The position numbers and the translations under genes are program-made. A stretch of 64,000 nt of DNA, from positions 1 through 64,000 of the forward strand of contig CAXHJY010001410.1 in assembly GCA_964016885.1 (NCBI GenBank). The letters run 5' to 3'. Origin of the DNA: Eledone cirrhosa. Lineage: Eukaryota. Shown one piece after another: positions 54,601-64,000 of the stretch (position 1 is its first letter; each line of letters starts with the position of its first letter). The notes beneath the pieces are model-generated. The model was given only the letters and a program-made list of their open reading frames with translations. It did not search any database and was not told the DNA's origin.

Positions 54601-57459
54601 TACTACTACCACTACTACCTTGATGGCACCTACACTACTGCTACTACTACTACCACTACTACCTTGATGGCACCTACACTACTGCTACTACTACTACCAC
54701 TACCACCTTGATGGCACCTACACTACTGCTACTACTACTACCACTACTACCTTGATGGCACCTACTACTACTACCACTACTACCTTGATGGCACCTACAC
54801 TACTGCTACTACTACTACTACTACTACCTTGATGGCACCTACACTACTGCTACTACTACTACCACTACTACCTTGATGGCACCTACTACTACTACCACTA
54901 CTACCTTGATGGCACCTACACTACTGCTACTACTACTACCACTACTACCTTGATGGCACCTACTACTACTACCACTACTACCTTGATGGCACCTACACTA
55001 CTGCTACTACTACTACTACTACTACCTTGATGGCACCTACACTACTGCTACTACTACTACCACTACTACCTTGATGGCACCTACTACTACTACCACTACT
55101 ACCTTGATGGCACCTACACTACTGCTACTACTACTACCACTACTACCTTGATGGCACCTACACTACTGCTACTACTACTACCACTACTACCTTGATGGCA
55201 CCTACTACTACTACCACTACTACCTTGATGGCACCTACACTACTGCTACTACTACTACCACTACTACCTTGATGGCACCTACACTACTGCTACTACTACT
55301 ACCCCTACTACCTTGATGGCACCTACACTACTGCTACTACTACCACTACTACCTTGATGGCACCTACACTACTGCTACTACTACTACCCCTACTACCTTG
55401 ATGGCACCTACACTACTGCTACTACTACTACCCCTACTACCTTGATGGCACCTATACTACTGCTACTACTACTACCACTACCACCTTGATGACACCTACA
55501 CTACTACTACTACTACTACCACTACCACCTTGATGGCACCTACACTACTGCTACTACTACTACCCCTACTACCTCGATGGCACCTACACTACTGCTACTA
55601 CTACCCCTACTACCTTGATGGCACCTACACTACTGCTACTACTACCCCTACTACCTTGATGGCACCTACACTACTGCTACTACTACTACCACTACCACCT
55701 TGATGGCACCTACACTACTGCTACTACTACTACCCCTACTACCTTGATGGCACCTACACTACTGCTACTACTACTACCCCTACTACCTTGATGGCACCTA
55801 CACTACTGCTACTACTACCACTTTGATGGCACCTACACTACTGCTACTACTACTACCACTACCTTGATGGCACCTACACTACTGCTACTACTACTACCCC
55901 TACCACCTTGATGGCACCTACACTACTGCTACTACTACTACCCCTACCACCTTGATGGCACCTACACTACTGCTACTACTACTACCACTACCACCTTGAT
56001 GACACCTACACTACTGCTACTACTACTACCACTACTACCTTGATGGCACCTACACTACTGCTACTACTACCCCTACCACCTTGATGGCACCTACACTACT
56101 GCTACTACTACTACTACTACCTTGATGGCACCTACACTACTGCTACTACTACTACTACTACCTTGATGGCACCTACACTACTGCTACTACTACTACCCCT
56201 ACTACCTTGATGGCACCTACACTACTGCTACTACTACTACCACTACCTTGATGGCACCTACACTACTGCTACTACTACTACTACTACCTTGATGGCACCT
56301 ACACTACTGCTACTACTACTACTACTACCTTGATGGCACCTACACTACTGCTACTACTACTACCACTACCTTGATGGCACCTACACTACTGCTACTACTA
56401 CTACCCCTACCACCTTGATGGCACCTACACTACTGCTACTACTACTACCCCTACCACCTTGATGGCACCTACACTACTGCTACTACTACTACCACTACCA
56501 CCTTGATGACACCTACACTACTGCTACTACTACTACCACTACTACCTTGATGGCACCTACACTACTGCTACTACTACCCCTACCACCTTGATGGCACCTA
56601 CACTACTGCTACTACTACTACTACTACCTTGATGGCACCTACACTACTGCTACTACTACTACCCCTACCACCTTGATGGCACCTACACTACTGCTACTAC
56701 TACTACTACTACCTTGATGGCACCTACACTACTGCTACTACTACTACTACTACCTTGATGGCACCTACACTACTGCTACTACTACTACCCCTACTACCTT
56801 GATGGCACCTACACTACTGCTACTACTACTACCCCTACCACCTTGATGGCACCTACACTACTGCTACTACTACTACTACTACCTTGATGGCACCTACACT
56901 ACTGCTACTACTACTACTACTACCTTGATGGCACCTACACTACTGCTACTACTACTACCCCTACTACCTTGATGGCACCTACACTACTGCTACTACTACT
57001 ACCCCTACCACCTTGATGGCACCTACACTACTGCTACTACTACTACTACTACCTTGATGGCACCTACACTACTGCTACTACTACTACCCCTACCACCTTG
57101 ATGGCACCTACACTACTGCTACTACTACTACCACTACCACCTTGATGGCACCTACACTACTGCTACTACTACTACCCCTACTACCTTGATGGCACCTACA
57201 CTACTACTACTACTACCACTACCACCTTGATGGCACCTACACTACTGCTACTACTACTACCCCTACTACCTTGATGGCACCTACACTACTGCTACTACTA
57301 CTACCACTACCTTGATGGCACCTACACTACTGCCACTACTACTACCACTACCACCTTGATGGCACCTACACTACTGCTACTACTACTACCACTACCACCT
57401 TGATGGCACCTACACTACTGCTACTACTACTACTACTACTACTACCTTGATGGCACCTA

Positions 57460-57510
<51 letters not shown>

Positions 57511-57680
57511 CTTGATGGCACCTACACTACTGCTACTACTACTACCACTACCACCTTGATGGCACCTACACTACTGCTACTACTACTACTACTACTACTA
57601 CCACTACTACCTTGATGGCACCTACACTACTGCTACTACTACTACTACTACTACTACCACTACCACCTTGATGGCACCTA

Positions 57681-57716
<36 letters not shown>

Positions 57717-60700
57717 CACTACTACCTTGATGGCACCTACACTACTGCTACTACTACCACTACCACCTTGATGGCACCTACACTACTGCTACTACTACTA
57801 CTACCTTGATGGCACCTACACTACTACTACTACTACTACCACTACCACCTTCATGGCACCTACACTACTGCTACTACTACTACCACTACCACCTTGATGG
57901 CACCTACACTACTACCACTACTACTACCACTACCACCTTCATGGCACCTACACTACTGCTACTACTACTACCACTACCACCTTGATGGCACCTACACTAC
58001 TGCTACTACCACTACTACCTTGATGGCACCTACACTACTGCTACTACCACTACTACCTTGATGGCACCTACACTACTACTACTACCCCTACTACCTTGAT
58101 GGCACCTACACTACTGCTACTACTACTACCACTACCACCTTGATGGCACCTACACTACTGCTACTACTACTACCACTACTACCTTGATGGCACCTACACT
58201 ACTGCTACTACTACTACCCCTACTACCTTGATGGCACCTACACTACTGCTACTACCACTACTACCTTGATGGCACCTACACTACTGCTACTACCACTACT
58301 ACCTTGATGGCACCTACACTACTACTACTACCCCTACTACCTTGATGGCACCTACACTACTGCTACTACTACTACCACTACTACCTTGATGGCACCTACA
58401 CTACTGCTACTACCACTACTACCTTGATGGCACCTACACTACTACTACTACCCCTACTACCTTGATGGCACCTACACTACTGCTACTACTACTACCACTA
58501 CTACCTTGATGGCACCTACACTACTACTACTACCCCTACTACCTTGATGGCACCTACACTACTGCTACTACTACTACCACTACCACCTTGATGACACCTA
58601 CACTACTGCTACTACTACTACCACTACCACTTTGATGGCACCTACACTACTGCTACTACTACTACCACTACCACCTTGATGGCACCTACACTACTGCTAC
58701 TACTACTACCCCTACTACCTTGATGGCACCTACACTACTGCTACTACTACTACCTTGATGGCACCTACACTACTACTACTACTACTACCCCTACTACCTT
58801 GATGGCACCTACACTACTGCTACTACTACTACCACTACTACCTTGATGGCACCTACACTACTGCTACTACTACTACCACTACCACCTTGATGGCACCTAC
58901 ACTACTGCTACTACTACTACCACTACCACCTTGATGGCACCTACACTACTGCTACTACTACCACTACCACCTTGATGGCACCTACACTACTGCTACTACT
59001 ACTACCACTACCACCTTGATGGCACCTACACTACTGCTACTACTACTACCCCTACCACCTTGATGGCACCTACACTACTGCTACTACTACTACCACTACC
59101 ACCTTGATGGCACCTACACTACTGCTACTACTACCACTACCACCTTGATGGCACCTACACTACTGCTACTACTACTACCACTACCACCTTGATGGCACCT
59201 ACACTACTGCTACTACTACTACCCCTACTACCTTGATGGCACCTACACTACTGCTACTACCACTACCACTACCACCTTGATGGCACCTACACTACTGCTA
59301 CTACTACTACCCCTACCACCTTGATGGCACCTACACTACTGCTACTACTACCACTACCACCTTGATGGCACCTACACTACTGCTACTACCACTACCACTA
59401 CTACCTTGATGGCACCTACACTACTGCTACTACTACTACTACCTTGATGGCACCTACACTACTGCTACTACTACCACCACCACCTTGATGGCACCTACAC
59501 TACTGCTACTACTACTACCCCTACCACCTTGATGGCACCTACACTACTGCTACTACTACTACCACTACCACCTTGATGGCACCTACACTACTGCTACTAC
59601 TACTACCACTACCACCTTGATGGCACCTACACTACTGCTACTACTACTACTACCTTGATGGCACCTACACTACTGCTACTACTACTACCACTACTACCTT
59701 GATGGCACCTACACTACTGCTACTACTACTACCACTACTACCTTGATGGCACCTACACTACTGCTACTACTACTACCACTACCACCTTGATGGCACCTAC
59801 ACTACTGCTACTACTACTACCACTACCACCTTGATGGCACCTACACTACTGCTACTACTACTACCACTACCACCTTGATGGCACCTACACTACTGCTACT
59901 ACTACCACTACCACCTTGATGGCACCTACACTACTGCTACTACTACTACTACTACCTTGATGGCACCTACACTACTGCTACTACTACTACCACTACCACC
60001 TTGATGGCACCTACACTACTGCTACTACTACTACCACTACCACCTTGATGGCACCTACACTACTGCTACTACTACCACTACCACCTTGATGGCACCTACA
60101 CTACTGCTACTACTACTACCACTACCACCTTGATGGCACCTACACTACTACTACTACTACCACTACCACCTTGATGGCACCTACACTACTACTACTACTA
60201 CCACTACCACCTTGATGGCACCTACACTACTACTACTACTACCACTACCACCTTGATGGCACCTACACTACTGCTACTACTACTACTACTACCTTGATGG
60301 CACCTACACTACTGCTACTACTACTACCACTACCACCTTGATGGCACCTACACTACTGCTACTACTACCACTACCACCTTGATGGCACCTACACTACTGC
60401 TACTACTACTACTACTACCTTGATGGCACCTACACTACTGCTACTACTACTACCACTACCACCTTGATGGCACCTACACTACTGCTACTACTACTACCAC
60501 TACCACCTTGATGGCACCTACACTACTGCTACTACTACCACTACCACCTTGATGGCACCTACACTACTGCTACTACTACCACTACCACCTTGATGGCACC
60601 TACACTACTACTACTACTACCACTACCACCTTGATGGCACCTACACTACTACTACTACTACCACTACCACCTTGATGGCACCTACACTACTACTACTACT

Positions 60701-63700
60701 ACCACTACCACCTTGATGGCACCTACACTACTGCTACTACTACTACTACTACCTTGATGGCACCTACACTACTACTACTACTACTACCACTACCACCTTG
60801 ATGGCACCTACACTACTACTACTACTACCACTACCACCTTGATGGCACCTACACTACTGCTACTACTACTACTACTACCTTGATGGCACCTACACTACTG
60901 CTACTACTACTACCCCTACTACCTTGATGGCACCTACACTACTGCTACTACTACTACCCCTACTACCTTGATGGCACCTACACTACTACCACTACTACCT
61001 TGATGGCACCTACACTACTACTACTACTACTACCACTACAACCTTGATGACACTTACACTACTACTACTACTACTACCCCTACTACCTTGATGGCACCTA
61101 CACTACTGCTACTACTACTACCCCTACTACCTTGATGGCACCTACACTACTGCTACTACTACTACCCCTACTACCTTGATGGCACCTACACTACTACCAC
61201 TACTACCTTGATGGCACCCTACACTACTACTACTACTACTACCACTACAACCTTGATGACACTTACACTACTACTACTACTACTACCCCTACTACCTTGA
61301 TGGCACCTACACTACTGCTACTACTACTACCCCTACCACCTTGATGGCACCTACACTACTGCTACTACTACTACCCCTACCACCTTGATGGCACCTACAC
61401 TACTACTACTACTACTACCACTACCACCTTGATGGCACCTACACTACTGCTACTACTACTACCCCTACCACCTTGATGGCACCTACACTACTGCTACTAC
61501 TACCACTACTACCTTGATGGCACCTACACTACTGCTACTACTACTACCACTACTACCTTGATGGCACCTACACTACTGCTACTACTACTACCCCTACTAC
61601 CTTGATGGCACCTACACTACTGCTACTACTACTACCCCTACTACCTTGATGGCACCTACACTACTGCTACTACTACTACCCCTACCACCTTGATGGCACC
61701 TACACTACTGCTACTACTACCACTACCACCTTGATGGCACCTACACTACTGCTACTACTACTACCACTACCACCTTGATGGCACCTACACTACTGCTACT
61801 ACTACTACCCCTACCACCTTGATGGCACCTACACTACTGCTACTACTACCACTACCACCTTGATGGCACCTACACTACTGCTACTACTACCACTACCACC
61901 TTGATGGCACCTACACTACTGCTACTACTACTACCCCTACCACCTTGATGGCACCTACACTACTGCTACTACTACTACTACCTTGATGGCACCTACACTA
62001 CTGCTACTACTACTACCCCTACTACCTTGATGGCACCTACACTACTGCTACTACTACTACCACTACTACCTTGATGGCACCTACACTACTGCTACTACTA
62101 CTACCACTACTACCTTGATGGCACCTACACTACTGCTACTACTACTACCCCTACCACCTTGATGGCACCTACACTACTGCTACTACTACTACCCCTACTA
62201 CCTTGATGGCACCTACACTACTACTACTACCACTACCACCTTGATGGCACCTACACTACTGCTACTACTACTACCCCTACTACCTTGATGGCACCTACAC
62301 TACTGCTACTACCACTACTACCTTGATGGCACCTACACTACTGCTACTACTACTACCCCTACCACCTTGATGGCACCTACACTACTGCTACTACTACTAC
62401 CACTACTACCTTGATGGCACCTACACTACTGCTACTACTACTACTACCTTGATGGCACCTACACTACTGCTACTACTACTACTACCTTGATGGCACCTAC
62501 ACTACTGCTACTACTACTACCACTACTACCTTGATGGCACCTACACTACTGCTACTACTACTACCCCTACTACCTTGATGGCACCTACACTACTGCTACT
62601 ACTACTACCCCTACCACCTTGATGGCACCTACACTACTGCTACTACTACTACCACTACTACCTTGATGGCACCTACACTACTGCTACTACTACTACCCCT
62701 ACTACCTTGATGGCACCTACACTACTGCTACTACTACTACCCCTACTACCTTGATGGCACCTACACTACTGCTACTACTACTACCCCTACCACCTTGATG
62801 GCACCTACACTACTGCTACTACTACTACCACTACTACCTTGATGGCACCTACACTACTGCTACTACTACTACCCCTACTACCTTGATGGCACCTACACTA
62901 CTGCTACTACTACTACCCCTACCACCTTGATGGCACCTACACTACTGCTACTACTACTACCACCTTGATGGCACCTACACTATTGCTACTGCTACTACCA
63001 CTACCACCTTGATGGCACCTACACTACTGCTACTACTACCCCTACTACCTTGATGGCACCTACACTACTGCTACTACTACTACCCCTACTACCTTGATGG
63101 CACCTACACTACTGCTACTACTACTACCCCTACCACCTTGATGGCACCTACACTACTACTACTACTACCACTACCACCTTGATGACACCTACACTACTAC
63201 TACTACTACTACCCCTACTACCTTGATGGCACCTATACTACTGCTACTACTACTACCACTACTACCTTGATGGCACCTATACTACTGCTACTACTACTAC
63301 CACTACTACCTTGATGGCACCTACACTACTGCTACTACTACCCCTACCACCTTGATGGCACCTACACTACTGCTACTACTACTACCCCTACTACCTTGAT
63401 GGCACCTACACTACTACCACTACTACTACCCCTACCACCTTGATGGCACCTACACTACTGCTACTACTACTACCCCTACTACCTTGATGGCACCTACACT
63501 ACTGCTACTACTACTACCCCTACTACCTTGATGGCACCTACACTACTGCTACTACTACTACCACTACCACCTTGATGACACCTATACTACTGCTACTACT
63601 ACTACCCCTACTACCTTGATGGCACCTACACTACTGCTACTACTACTACCCCTACTACCTTGATGGCACCTACACTACTGCTACTACTACTACCACTACC

Positions 63701-64000
63701 ACCTTGATGACACCTATACTACTGCTACTACTACTACCCCTACTACCTTGATGGCACCTACACTACTGCTACTACTACTACTACCTTGATGGCACCTACA
63801 CTACTGCTACTACCCCTACTACCTTGATGGCACCTACACTACTACCACTACTACTACCCCTACCACCTTGATGGCACCTACACTACTGCTACTACTACTA
63901 CCACCTTGATGGCACCTACACTACTGCTACTACTACTACCCCTACTACCTTGATGGCACCTACACTACTACTACTACTACTACCCCTACTACCTTGATGG
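45657..64000. repeat. Giant compound satellite: constant CCTTGATGGCACCTACACTA plus variable (CTA/CCA/CTG)n, modal unit ~44 bp, >400 units, runs off the window
   Basis: Direct inspection; unit lengths vary mostly in steps of 3. Confidence 0.98.

Noticed and set aside
45657-64000. CRISPR-like constant repeat plus variable spacer
   Set aside because: The 'spacers' are low-complexity (CTA)n variants of one sequence, there are no cas genes, the context is eukaryotic, and the repeat traces to a LINE.
45657-64000. Telomere or mucin-like Thr/Tyr/Leu-rich coding repeat
   Set aside because: There is no TTAGGG-type unit and the G-rich strand points inward rather than to the right end. Unit length is not a multiple of 3 and TGA recurs, so there is no long ORF.

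Overview
Repeat-rich, AT-rich eukaryotic (metazoan) genomic DNA. The SINE/LINE and microsatellite content resembles an octopus/coleoid cephalopod genome, which is an inference. Two protein-coding genes lie on the minus strand. The first is a CHEK2 (Chk2: TQ-FHA-kinase) orthologue with 12 coding exons readable between 28819 and 1096; the 3' exons fall left of the window. The second is a two-exon RDH11/12/13/14-like short-chain dehydrogenase (39358-34247). Almost all ORFs in the supplied track are artefacts of tandem repeats. Two things stand out. (1) Several unrelated families of short, mostly (TA)n-embedded fold-back elements carry minimal type I hammerhead-ribozyme motifs (stem I / CUGANGA / stem II / GAAA / palindromic stem III / NUH). 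There are seven complete motifs plus partial ones, four of them in one intron of the dehydrogenase gene; they are probably Penelope-like element or retrozyme remnants. (2) Nearly every large minisatellite (48, 61, 65, 80 and ~44 bp units, the last >18 kb long) can be traced to a short internal segment of a SINE or LINE that expanded in place. All coordinates and pairings were read by eye; no searches or folding programs were run.
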